Of a stretch of 64,000 nt of DNA, positions 54,942 to 63,844 are shown in pieces. The notes beneath the pieces were generated by a model that saw only the letters and a program-made list of their open reading frames with translations, was not told the DNA's origin and did not search any database. The stretch covers positions 262,771 to 326,770 of the forward strand of contig CAZSDS010000001.1 in NCBI GenBank assembly GCA_964605735.1. Reading direction: 5' to 3'. This stretch comes from an uncultured Candidatus Saccharibacteria bacterium. GTDB lineage: Bacteria; Patescibacteriota; Doudnabacteria; UBA920; O2-02-FULL-48-8. The translations under genes and the position numbers were made by a program. Within the stretch, counting starts at the first letter, position 1. Each line of letters starts with the position of its first letter.

Positions 54942-55020
54942 ATTTCACAAAGAGAGAATGTACCTTCATTATACGTATTTTTGCACAAAAAAGCAATTAG
55001 TTTTTGGATTTTTGTGAAAT
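54942..55020. repeat. Perfect 10-bp inverted repeat ATTTCACAAA ... TTTGTGAAAT bracketing the divergent promoter region
   Basis: Left arm at 54942-54951 and right arm at 55011-55020 with 59-bp spacing. Additional TTGCACAAAAAAGCAA dyad between them. Confidence 0.55.
54968..54996 (-). promoter_or_regulatory. Near-consensus sigma70 promoter (TTGCTT-17-TATAAT) for the 54938-48700 operon
   Basis: The minus strand reads TTGCTTttttgtgcaaaaatacgTATAAT. The TSS lies ~23 nt before ATG 54938. Confidence 0.55.
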
Positions 55021-55054
55021 TTTAATAATATTGTGCTAATATTAGTTTAACGCT

Positions 55055-55468
55055 ATGGCAAACAACAAGAAACAAAAGAAAATTTTAGTGGCTGAAGATG
55101 AACTCGCAATGCGGGAAATTGTAGTGGAAAAACTGCAATCCGGCGGTTTTAACGTTAGCCAAGCAGAAAACGGGGCCATTGCAATAAAAATGGTGGAAAA
55201 GGAAAAACCAGACCTGATTTTGCTAGATCTAATGATGCCCGAAGTCGACGGCTTCGGCGTGCTGGAAAAAGTAAGAAAAAACCCAAACGCAAAAATTGCA
55301 CAAACCCCGATAATAATTTTGACCAACCTTTGGAGCAAGGAAGAGATAATCAAAACAAAAAACCTTGGAGTCCAGGCTTACATCATAAAAGCATATATGA
55401 CCACGGAAGAAATTTTGGACAAAGTCATCGAAGTCCTAAATGTCCATGTCACAGAAAAGTCAAAATAG
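55055..55468 (+). CDS. Single-domain response regulator (CheY-like receiver only)
   Basis: A 137-aa protein with acidic pocket VAEDE, phospho-acceptor LILLDLMMP, and T/K motifs (IILTN, KAY). Confidence 0.9.
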   Translation: MANNKKQKKILVAEDELAMREIVVEKLQSGGFNVSQAENGAIAIKMVEKEKPDLILLDLMMPEVDGFGVLEKVRKNPNAKIAQTPIIILTNLWSKEEIIKTKNLGVQAYIIKAYMTTEEILDKVIEVLNVHVTEKSK

Positions 55469-55500
55469 AACCCCGCACATAAACAAATTTAAATAACTAA

Positions 55501-55531
55501 AAAACGGCAACTGGTTTGCCGTTTTTTTATT
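55501..55531. terminator. Bidirectional intrinsic terminator
   Basis: AAAAAACGGCAActggtTTGCCGTTTTTTTAT between convergent RR and ftsQ-like genes. Confidence 0.8.
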
Positions 55532-56510
55532 CAACTTCAACCTTTTCTTCCCCTTTATCAGCTCCCTCACCCTCCTTTTGTTCATTATTCGGCTGGGACA
55601 CGCAAGGAGAGTCCTTGTAACAGTAATAGGCCCATTTATCAAACCGCAAATCTATGTACGCAAGCTTAAGCCTGTTTTGTGCCGGAATCTGGCGACTGAG
55701 AATCAAAGCAAGATTGGAAACCTGGCCTTCAGACGGCCTGTTAGTATCAAAGAAAACTCCCCAGCCTTCATTGGACATCACCTGAATCTGCTGAGCCGCC
55801 TTCCCCGGAACCCGCATCTCTTTTATCTGAGAATTGATTTTAGCCGGCCAGTGCTTCAAAACGCTCATCACGAATGCCACCAGCTTGGTATTGTTCAGAC
55901 GTTCCCCAACCTGAACACCTTCACTAAGCTGGTTGTGTACAACCGGAAGCGAGCCTACATCATCCAAGGGCTTCACAACAACTCCTTCTTCGTCCACCAG
56001 ATAAGGCCTGCCATCAATGACAAATGCAAAACCAGGTCGCCTCTCCACAACTTCAAACTTAACTCCGTCAGGCCAAACCCGCTTATACCGGCTGATTTCC
56101 TTAACTAACGGCAACTCCTCAGAAATCAAATCCAAAGCATAGGAACCGGACAGCAAAAGCAAATGGTTTTTTGGAATCAGCATCCACCTCTCATCGCCGG
56201 CTTTTTGAACTGCCTCCTGAATCTGACTGGTGCCGATCTGTTCGTTGCCCGAAACCTCAATATTTTGAACCAAAAAGTAATCTGAAATGAATAGATAGTA
56301 AATCCCTGCACCAGCCACCAGTAATAAAGGGATCAAAACGACCGCAGAGTCCAGGCGCAACCAATGCAAAATCTTCCCAAACGCGCCATGCGATCTGGCA
56401 TCGAAGATTCGCTTATACCCCTGTGCCTTTTTTATTTTGTTTTGGAATTCCTTGCTGCCGTAGCGCCTTTTGGCCTCCATCCTACGGCGATGGGGAGAGA
56501 AAATTTTCAT
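55527..56510 (-). CDS. FtsQ/DivIB-like cell division protein (POTRA domain)
   Basis: Cytoplasmic basic N-terminus, then a TM helix, then POTRA (LVQNIEVSGNEQIGTSQIQEAV). Confidence 0.65.
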   Translation of the reverse strand: MKIFSPHRRRMEAKRRYGSKEFQNKIKKAQGYKRIFDARSHGAFGKILHWLRLDSAVVLIPLLLVAGAGIYYLFISDYFLVQNIEVSGNEQIGTSQIQEAVQKAGDERWMLIPKNHLLLLSGSYALDLISEELPLVKEISRYKRVWPDGVKFEVVERRPGFAFVIDGRPYLVDEEGVVVKPLDDVGSLPVVHNQLSEGVQVGERLNNTKLVAFVMSVLKHWPAKINSQIKEMRVPGKAAQQIQVMSNEGWGVFFDTNRPSEGQVSNLALILSRQIPAQNRLKLAYIDLRFDKWAYYCYKDSPCVSQPNNEQKEGEGADKGEEKVEVE

Positions 56511-56530
56511 TATTGGAATCCGCCCTTTGT

Positions 56531-57790
56531 TTATTTTTCTATTCTGTCCTTGCCGAAGTAAGGCTGTAGGGCTTTTGGTATTCTTATTGACCCATCTTCC
56601 TGCTGGTGGTTTTCAAAAATTGCGATTGGAAACCGGCTCAAAACCACTGCTGTCCCGTTCAAAGTATGGGCATACTCGTTTGTTCCGTCGGGTTTGCGGT
56701 ATTTGATGTTCAATCTGCGAGCCTGGTAATCAGTACAGTTGCTGGTGCTGGTTATTTCGCCGTAATCCCCCTGCTTCTTTCCGTCACCCTTCATGGTCAT
56801 CCAAGCCTCAATATCAAATTTCCTATACGCAGGCCCTCCCAAATCACCGGAAGCAATATCAATTACCCTGTAAGGCAATTCCAAACCGTTGGCAATCTCT
56901 TTTTCAATCGCCAGCAATTCCTGGTGCATTTTCTCGCTGTCCTCAGGTGTGCAATATACGAACATTTCCAGTTTGGTAAATTGATGCACACGGTACAAGC
57001 CCTTGCTGGTGCGGCCATAAGCCCCAGCCTCCGTCCTGTAACAGTGCGACAAAGCCACATACTTTAAAGGCCCTTTGGACAAATCCAAGGTCTCATTGGC
57101 GTGGTAACCGCCCATGGTAATTTCCGCCGTGCCAATCAGGCTCAAATCCGTGTTCTCAACTGAATACACCTGAGTTTCTTCACCGCGCGGATTGAATCCA
57201 ATCCCCTGCAGGATTTCATTTTTAGCCAAATCAGGTGTTTCAACCAGTTGATAGCCATGCTTGGTTGCAATATCAATGCCGTAATTAATCAAAGCCAGAT
57301 TCAGCCGGACCAAATCATTTTTGGCAAAATAGAATTTTGAAGCCGCAACTTTGGCACCTCGTTCAAAATCAATCAAATCCAAGTCCGTCATCAGCTGTTC
57401 GTGGTCTTTTGGCGTGAACTTAAATTCTTGAGGCTCCCAGTTGGCAAAAACAACTTTGTAGTCGTCTTCGCCGCCGATTGGACTTTCCGGGTGTGTCAGG
57501 TTTGGAATCTTCAAAAGCTCTTCCTTATACTCAGCTTCCAGCTGGACGAACTTGCCTTCCATCTCCTGAATCCTGTTTCCAACTTCGCGCATTTTTGCAA
57601 TTTCTTCGTCAGAAGGTTTGCCTTTGGACCCAGCCTTCCTTTGCGCACGCATTTCGTCAATTTGCGCAATCATCTTTCTGCGTTCTTCGTCCAATTCCAA
57701 AAGCCTTGCCAGGTCAATTTTCACCCCTCGGTTTTTGGCGTTCTGCCCCACGGCATCTTTGTTTTCCCGTATGTATTTGATGTCCAGCAT
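56531..57790 (-). CDS. serS: Serine--tRNA ligase
   Basis: N-terminal coiled coil MLDIKYIRENKD, with class II motifs and a 419-aa length. Confidence 0.95.
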   Translation of the reverse strand: MLDIKYIRENKDAVGQNAKNRGVKIDLARLLELDEERRKMIAQIDEMRAQRKAGSKGKPSDEEIAKMREVGNRIQEMEGKFVQLEAEYKEELLKIPNLTHPESPIGGEDDYKVVFANWEPQEFKFTPKDHEQLMTDLDLIDFERGAKVAASKFYFAKNDLVRLNLALINYGIDIATKHGYQLVETPDLAKNEILQGIGFNPRGEETQVYSVENTDLSLIGTAEITMGGYHANETLDLSKGPLKYVALSHCYRTEAGAYGRTSKGLYRVHQFTKLEMFVYCTPEDSEKMHQELLAIEKEIANGLELPYRVIDIASGDLGGPAYRKFDIEAWMTMKGDGKKQGDYGEITSTSNCTDYQARRLNIKYRKPDGTNEYAHTLNGTAVVLSRFPIAIFENHQQEDGSIRIPKALQPYFGKDRIEK

Positions 57791-59244
57791 TAGTCTTCGT
57801 GCTTCATTAATGGGAAAAAGTTGGTTTCGCGGATAGACTTGTCCATGATCACTGAGAACAGGCGCTCTGACAGCCCGAAACCGGCCATTGGCGGCATGCC
57901 GTACTCCATGGCCTCAAGATAATCATGATCAATCATTTGCGCTTCTGGATCGCCGGCTTCCCGTAATCTCATCTGTTCCTCAAATCGTTCGCGCTGATCA
58001 AGCGGATCGTTCAATTCAGAAAACCCCTTTCCCAGCTCAGTGCCGCCAGCCAGAATCTGCATGCGCTGAACTTCTTTTGGGTTCGCCGGGTCTTTCTTGG
58101 CCAGCGGCTCAATCTCGACCGGAGGATTTATCAAAAAACAAGGATTGATCAAAAACGGCCTGACCTTCTTTTTGTATATCAGATCAACCAGCCTGGCACG
58201 TCCGTGATTTTTTTCATATTTGATATGTTCCTTGTCAGCGTAAGCGCGCAACTCATCATCAGAAACAGTGTTCAAATCCATTCCGGTTTTTTCCTGGAAA
58301 ATGTCAAAATAACGAACCTTTGGCCATTTGCCGGACCAGTCAATTTCCTTGCCGTCATAAACTGTTTTCAGGCCGCCGGTAACATTCGCAACAATCTGCT
58401 TGTACATTTCCTCAACCATTTCCATAAGCTGATCATATTCGGAATATGCCCAGTAAAATTCCATTGCCATATAATCCTGAAGATGCTCTGTGGAAATTCC
58501 CTCGTTTCTGAATACCCGGCCGATTTCAAAAACCCTCTCATATCCGCCAACAATAAGTTTCTTCAACGGCAATTCCAGTGAAATCCGCAAATAAAAATCT
58601 TTATCCAAGGCGTTGTGATGGGTAATAAACGGTTCAGCTTCCGCCCCGCCTGGAATTGGCTCCAACACGTTAAGCTGGACTTCCATAAATCCCTGTTCTT
58701 CCAGAAATCTTCTGATAGTCTTCCAGAAAATATTCTTTTTTCTGAACAGTTCCCTGGTATCAGGATTCAGCATCAAATCCAAGTAGCGCTTTCGCAGTCT
58801 GGTTTCCAGATCTTCTATGCCAAAGTGCTCAGTCGGGATCGGCAGCAGCGATTTTGAAAGCAACCTGATTTCAGTAGGCTCCAGGCTTTTTTGCCCGGTT
58901 TTGGACAACAGCAAAAAACCCTTCGCTTCCAAAAAATCGCCAAGGTCCAATAAATCTATCAGTTTAAATTTGTTTTTAAGGGTTTCTTCGCGCAGAAGAA
59001 TTTGAATTCTCCCGGACTCATCTTCCAAATCAAAAAAAGCCAATTTGCCGTGGGTTCGAATGGACTTGATTCGCCCAGTAAAAACAACCTCTGTCTTGGC
59101 CGCGCTCAGCTCATCAAACGCCTCCAATCCCTGGCCGATTGTATGCGTCCGGTGCGAATCAACCGGGTACGGATCAATGCCTTGCGCTTTAAGTTGTTCT
59201 AATTTTTGTATCCTGACCTGCCGCAGTTCTTCGATTTTTTCTGA
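57790..59244 (-). CDS. lysS: Lysine--tRNA ligase (class II)
   Basis: OB anticodon-binding domain (VVFTGRIKSIRTHGKLAFFDLEDESG) and class II motifs. Start taken at internal MSEKIEELRQ rather than the ORF-track extension to 59340. Confidence 0.9.
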   Translation of the reverse strand, partial: SEKIEELRQVRIQKLEQLKAQGIDPYPVDSHRTHTIGQGLEAFDELSAAKTEVVFTGRIKSIRTHGKLAFFDLEDESGRIQILLREETLKNKFKLIDLLDLGDFLEAKGFLLLSKTGQKSLEPTEIRLLSKSLLPIPTEHFGIEDLETRLRKRYLDLMLNPDTRELFRKKNIFWKTIRRFLEEQGFMEVQLNVLEPIPGGAEAEPFITHHNALDKDFYLRISLELPLKKLIVGGYERVFEIGRVFRNEGISTEHLQDYMAMEFYWAYSEYDQLMEMVEEMYKQIVANVTGGLKTVYDGKEIDWSGKWPKVRYFDIFQEKTGMDLNTVSDDELRAYADKEHIKYEKNHGRARLVDLIYKKKVRPFLINPCFLINPPVEIEPLAKKDPANPKEVQRMQILAGGTELGKGFSELNDPLDQRERFEEQMRLREAGDPEAQMIDHDYLEAMEYGMPPMAGFGLSERLFSVIMDKSIRETNFFPLMKHED

Positions 59245-59358
59245 CATCTTCAGTCGTAGGTTTAAATGTTCTGGTAAATTATACCATAAATCCCGCCAAA
59301 AAGAAAACTTCGCACTGCAACAGGCGGCAAGCCTAGCCACAGCGCGTCAAAGGATAAA

Positions 59359-59847
59359 CTAAAACAAAGAATAAATAAAATAAACGAACATGCCCAAAAT
59401 TACCGAAATTTTGAATACTGATCCAATCAAAAAACCAATGAAAGAACCCCAAGCAACTCTCATTGCCTGGTCATAGTTGCGGGCATGGACAACTTCCCCG
59501 ATAAAACCGCCTATGAATGGACCAAGAATTATTCCGATCGGTCCAAAAACGAATAACCCGCCAAAAGCGCCAATGAAGGATCCAATTATGCCATACCTGC
59601 TGGCCTTGTAACCTTTTGCCCCAAGCGCCGGCGCAAAAAAATCAACCACCAGTGTAAGCAAAGTCAGTATGCCAAAGACCCAGAGCGCGCCGGCGCCAAT
59701 CCTCTCATAATCCGTAGCCCACGCAAAAAACCACAGCGCTCCAAATGACAAAGGCGGTCCTGGAAGAATCGGCAGCACCGAACCAACAGCACCGAGCAGT
59801 ATCAATACCCCTGAAATGACGCTGACAAGAATATCGCTTGAGTCCAT
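59359..59847 (-). CDS. DUF456-family membrane protein
   Basis: The Gly-rich TM repeats (GIIGSFIGAFGGLFVFGPIGIILGPFIGGFIGE) are typical of DUF456/YqgC. Confidence 0.65.
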   Translation of the reverse strand: MDSSDILVSVISGVLILLGAVGSVLPILPGPPLSFGALWFFAWATDYERIGAGALWVFGILTLLTLVVDFFAPALGAKGYKASRYGIIGSFIGAFGGLFVFGPIGIILGPFIGGFIGEVVHARNYDQAMRVAWGSFIGFLIGSVFKISVILGMFVYFIYSLF

Positions 59848-60395
59848 TATTCTTCCCTTAATAAATGAGAAAATTTTTGCCTGAGTTTGGCAACTTTAAG
59901 GTCAATGACAAACGTGCAGTATGGATAGCTTTGGTTGTCATTGTAAAAATTCTGGTGGTAATCCTCTGCCCGAAAAAATTTTTCCAGGGTTTTTACTTCC
60001 GTCAAAATTGGTGAAGAAAATACTTTCTGAGTTTCAAGTTTGGCGATATATTCACGCGCGGCTTTTTCCTGGTTCTCATCAGCGGCATAGATTACTGACC
60101 TGTATTGGGTACCCACGTCATTTCCCTGCCGGTTAAGCGTAGTGGGATCATGGGAAGCAAAAAAGACATTCAGTAAGTCTTCGTAGGCAATGATGGATGG
60201 ATCAAACTCCACCTTAACCACTTCCACGTGGCCGGTATTCCCACTGCTCACCTGTTCATAGGAAGGATTGTCCAGGCTACCGCCTGCATATCCTGAGACC
60301 ACACTATTCACGCCTTTTAGCCGCTGGAAAACAGCCTCTGTGCACCAGAAGCATCCTCCGCCAAAGACTGCAGTTTTATTGTTTGAGTATGACAT
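59847..60395 (-). CDS. msrA: Peptide methionine sulfoxide reductase MsrA
   Basis: GGGCFWC active site. Confidence 0.95.
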   Translation of the reverse strand: MSYSNNKTAVFGGGCFWCTEAVFQRLKGVNSVVSGYAGGSLDNPSYEQVSSGNTGHVEVVKVEFDPSIIAYEDLLNVFFASHDPTTLNRQGNDVGTQYRSVIYAADENQEKAAREYIAKLETQKVFSSPILTEVKTLEKFFRAEDYHQNFYNDNQSYPYCTFVIDLKVAKLRQKFSHLLREE

Positions 60396-60434
60396 TCAAA
60401 TATAAAAACCCGCCAAAGCCGCGGGTTTTTAAAA

Positions 60435-60896
60435 TTATTCTATGGAAACAATTTCGTAGTTGGTGACTCCGTTAGGCGTCTGCACAGCCACTACCTGGCC
60501 AAGCTTTGCGCCAATCAGAGCTTTCCCAACCAGCGACTCGTTCGATATTTTACCCGCCGATGGATTAGCCTCGTTTGAACCTACGATTGTATAGGTGACT
60601 TCCTTGCCGTCATTTTTCAGCTTGACGGTAGATCCGACTGAGACCATAGACGCATTGCCGTTGCGCGCAATAATTTCCGCATTCTTGAGCATGTCTTCAA
60701 TTTCCTGGATCCTGCCCTCAATAAACGCCTGTTCTTCTTTTGCCTGGGCATAGTCCGCGTTTTCTGAAAGATCTCCGTGTGAAATTGCTTCCTGAATTCG
60801 TTCGATAACCTCTTTGCGTCGCTCTTCTTTCAAAACCTTCAGCTCTTCCTGGAGTTTCTTGAGTCCGTCTTCAGTCAGTAATACTTTTTTATTCAT
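60435..60896 (-). CDS. greA: Transcription elongation factor GreA
   Basis: N-terminal coiled coil with the acidic tip (DLSENADY) and a C-terminal FKBP-like domain. Confidence 0.95.
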   Translation of the reverse strand: MNKKVLLTEDGLKKLQEELKVLKEERRKEVIERIQEAISHGDLSENADYAQAKEEQAFIEGRIQEIEDMLKNAEIIARNGNASMVSVGSTVKLKNDGKEVTYTIVGSNEANPSAGKISNESLVGKALIGAKLGQVVAVQTPNGVTNYEIVSIE

Positions 60897-60980
60897 CTCT
60901 ATAAATCTATAAAAGGCCCCTTTGGCGGGGTCCGTTAATATTTAGAAAAGTCTACACCCTTAAACGCAAACTGTCAACCA

Positions 60981-61346
60981 TCAGCCTTTATTTCCTTTGT
61001 TTCTTAAACGCTGGAACTCCTCATGAAGCTTATCCAGCTCTTCATCGTTCATATCCTCCAGATCCAGAAGCTTGTTGCGCGCGCTTCTTTGAGCACGGAT
61101 CAGCTCATCCAGCTTCAGATGAATGGCGCGGGCATCCCTGTTCTGGGTGTTCTGGATAAGAAAGACCATCAGGAACGTTAAAATAGTTGTCCCTGTATTG
61201 ATGATCAACTGCCACGTATCCGAATAGTTGCTGCCCGGCCCTGCCAAAAACCAAACAACAATCAATATCAATGCCATGATAAACGCCAAAGGCGAACCTA
61301 CTGCTTCAGACGTAAAATGGGCTATTTTGTGGAAAATATTATTCAT
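60981..61346 (-). CDS. Low-affinity iron permease (Fet4-like DUF1452) family small membrane protein
   Basis: SDTWQLIINTGTTILTFLMVFLIQNTQNRD...HLKLDELI matches the family pattern as recalled. Confidence 0.65.
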   Translation of the reverse strand: MNNIFHKIAHFTSEAVGSPLAFIMALILIVVWFLAGPGSNYSDTWQLIINTGTTILTFLMVFLIQNTQNRDARAIHLKLDELIRAQRSARNKLLDLEDMNDEELDKLHEEFQRLRNKGNKG

Positions 61347-61387
61347 AATGGTGACTTTAAAATTCTATACGAAAGTTTTGAAATTTG

Positions 61388-63322
61388 CTAGCGGTTGCGG
61401 TTTTCAGCCCACCAGGAATAGATATCACGGGCAATTGGCACGGCAACCGAACTACCTTCGCCGCCGTCTTCCACAAGGATGGTTAACGCAATTTGAGGAT
61501 TGTCAAACGGCGCGTAAGATGTAAACCAAGCATGTGTTCTGGCCAAATCCCTGGCATCAAACTGTGCTGTACCAGTTTTCCCGGCTATTTCCATTGGCAG
61601 GTTCGCCAGGGCGCGGCCAGAGCCGCCGGTAATAGTCAGACGCATGCCGTCCTGTGCAACTTTCACCCATTCCGGATCCAGAAAATTCTCGCGGATGACT
61701 TCCGGATTGTTTTTGTGGACAATATTACCTTCCATATCAATGACTTCGTCAACAATATAAGGCTTCATAATCTTCCCACCATTGGCAATCGTGGCAATTG
61801 CGTTGTTGATCTGCAGTGGAGTTGCCAGCAAGTCTCCCTGTCCGATTGAGTAATGGTAAGTGTTACCCAGATACCATGGTTCTTTTTTCACTCTTTGCTT
61901 CCACTCCGTATCAGGAACCAAGCCAGGTTTTTCGTTCGGCAAATCTATGCCCAGCAGGGAGCCCAGATGAAAATTCCTGTACCATTCTGCCAGCTTGTTT
62001 GGCCCCATACCTTCTTTAATGGTTGACTTCGCGCTTCCGCCGCCAATCGTATAAAAATAAATATCAGAGGATTGGGATATTGCCGTATAAACATTCATGA
62101 GCCCCAGACCGCTTCTGCGATACCCATAATATGTGTAACTGCCAACCCTAATGACTCCGTCATCCATAATCTGGGTTTGCGGAGTCACAATGCGTTCTGT
62201 AAGAGCGCCGATTGCGAGCATGGGCTTGATTGTTGAACCAGGCGGATATGTACCCGTAATTACCCGGTTTAACAGTGGCACAGCCGGATCATTCAGCAAG
62301 GCCGCAAACTCATTGGACTTTATGCCGCGGGCAAACAGGTTTCCGTTATACCCTGGCAAGGACAAATACGCCAGGACTTGGCCCGTCTGTGGATTGGTCG
62401 CCACCACGGCAGCGCTCTTGGCTTTGACCTTACTCATCATGCTGACCGTTGAATCGTAAACGATTTTTTGCAAATCGTAGTCAATATTCAGCTTGAGGTT
62501 GTTTCCTGGTTTGGCTGGAATGTTCGGCAAAGGTTTATTGAAATCACCCGACGCATTAATCTCCGTCTGGTTGCTCCCCGGAACGCCGCGCAAATAAGTT
62601 TCATATTGAAGTTCCAAGCCATTCTTTCCTATATAGTCATTGAGCAAATAATTCTGCCCCTGGCGCGCGGACAATTCATCCGAGGTTATCTTCCCTGTGT
62701 AACCGGTCAGGTGCGCAAACATCAATGGATCTTTATAATCCCTGATCGGGTTATTTTGCACGGCAAATCCGGAAAACTCGTTTTTTCTGCTGATCAGGAC
62801 CAGCGCCGGATCCTTTTCCAAATTCTGTATCAACGTGTACGAATGCGGGGATTTCCGGTCAAGTTTGCTCACAGACTCTGACAACTCGACCAGGCTCACG
62901 CCAGTGATGTTCGAAATCTCCACAAGTTTGGCGTTCACGTCCTTCTCATCCCCCGGAAGTTGGTTGGGTGTCACCACCAACTCAAAGCTCGGCAAATTTC
63001 CTGCTATAAGCTTTCCTTCCTTGTCCATGATCAATCCCCGAGGCGCCAGAATATATTCGCTCCTGAGCTTGTTGCCTTCAGCTATGGCCCGGTAATCATC
63101 CCCTTTCATTGCCTGTAGGTAATAAATACGGCCGAACAGCGCAACAAAACAGACAAAGACAATACTGAACAAGAAGCGGTAATTGATGCTCTCCCGATCA
63201 TTGTCCAGGACATCAGCTTCTTCCTGCTGGACATCCAGCAAAATCTCATCAAAGCCAAGCTCTTTCCTGCCGTTGACTTTCTTAGGGGCTGTTATGTTTG
63301 TTTGGATCTCAAATGGATTCAT
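61388..63322 (-). CDS. mrdA: Penicillin-binding protein 2 (elongasome transpeptidase)
   Basis: N-terminal TM helix, a dimerisation domain, and transpeptidase motifs STIKP (SxxK) and KTGTAQ (KTG). It lies adjacent to mreD and mreC. Confidence 0.85.
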   Translation of the reverse strand: MNPFEIQTNITAPKKVNGRKELGFDEILLDVQQEEADVLDNDRESINYRFLFSIVFVCFVALFGRIYYLQAMKGDDYRAIAEGNKLRSEYILAPRGLIMDKEGKLIAGNLPSFELVVTPNQLPGDEKDVNAKLVEISNITGVSLVELSESVSKLDRKSPHSYTLIQNLEKDPALVLISRKNEFSGFAVQNNPIRDYKDPLMFAHLTGYTGKITSDELSARQGQNYLLNDYIGKNGLELQYETYLRGVPGSNQTEINASGDFNKPLPNIPAKPGNNLKLNIDYDLQKIVYDSTVSMMSKVKAKSAAVVATNPQTGQVLAYLSLPGYNGNLFARGIKSNEFAALLNDPAVPLLNRVITGTYPPGSTIKPMLAIGALTERIVTPQTQIMDDGVIRVGSYTYYGYRRSGLGLMNVYTAISQSSDIYFYTIGGGSAKSTIKEGMGPNKLAEWYRNFHLGSLLGIDLPNEKPGLVPDTEWKQRVKKEPWYLGNTYHYSIGQGDLLATPLQINNAIATIANGGKIMKPYIVDEVIDMEGNIVHKNNPEVIRENFLDPEWVKVAQDGMRLTITGGSGRALANLPMEIAGKTGTAQFDARDLARTHAWFTSYAPFDNPQIALTILVEDGGEGSSVAVPIARDIYSWWAENRNR

Positions 63323-63836
63323 TTTTTAGCTTAAAGCGTTTTCCTATTTTTGACTGGAACCTGTACACCAAGTATACAGGATATAAAAAGATCAAATCGA
63401 ATGTGACTCCCAGCCCTGTTTCCTGCAATAAAGCGCTGTTGACCTGGATTGAATGGGTGAGGCCAAACCACGCCAAAGCATGGCTGAAAGCCGTGGCAAA
63501 TGCGGCAAAAAAGAGAGTTGATGCAAGTACATAAAAAACCACCACATATTGGGAATATTTTTCCGTAAACATCATTTGACCAAAGTAATAAGCTGAACCA
63601 ATTGCAAAGGCCAGGCCAAGCAGGAGCACGCCGTCCGGCAATCCGGAGAAAAAATCCAAAACTATTCCGGCAATCACAGCCTGGATAAATGCCTCAGCAG
63701 GCGGAACAAACAACAGGCTGACGCAAATGTAAATCAACATCAGGTTCGGGATGACTGGCAGAATCTGCGGCATAGTCAAGCTTAACTGAATTATTCCAAG
63801 CAACAGGAGAATAATGATGGAAATGGTCCGCCTCAT
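63309..63836 (-). CDS. mreD: Rod shape-determining protein MreD
   Basis: A 175-aa polytopic membrane protein between mreC and mrdA, overlapping mrdA by 14 nt. Confidence 0.55.
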   Translation of the reverse strand: MRRTISIIILLLLGIIQLSLTMPQILPVIPNLMLIYICVSLLFVPPAEAFIQAVIAGIVLDFFSGLPDGVLLLGLAFAIGSAYYFGQMMFTEKYSQYVVVFYVLASTLFFAAFATAFSHALAWFGLTHSIQVNSALLQETGLGVTFDLIFLYPVYLVYRFQSKIGKRFKLKNESI

Positions 63837-63844
63837 TTAAAAAT

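Noticed and set aside
59245-59340. 32-codon N-terminal extension of lysS (MARLAACCSAKFSFWRDLWYNLPEHLNLRLK)
   Set aside because: The conserved LysRS N-terminus begins at MSEKIEELRQ. The extension is Cys/Trp-rich and unlike any aaRS leader.
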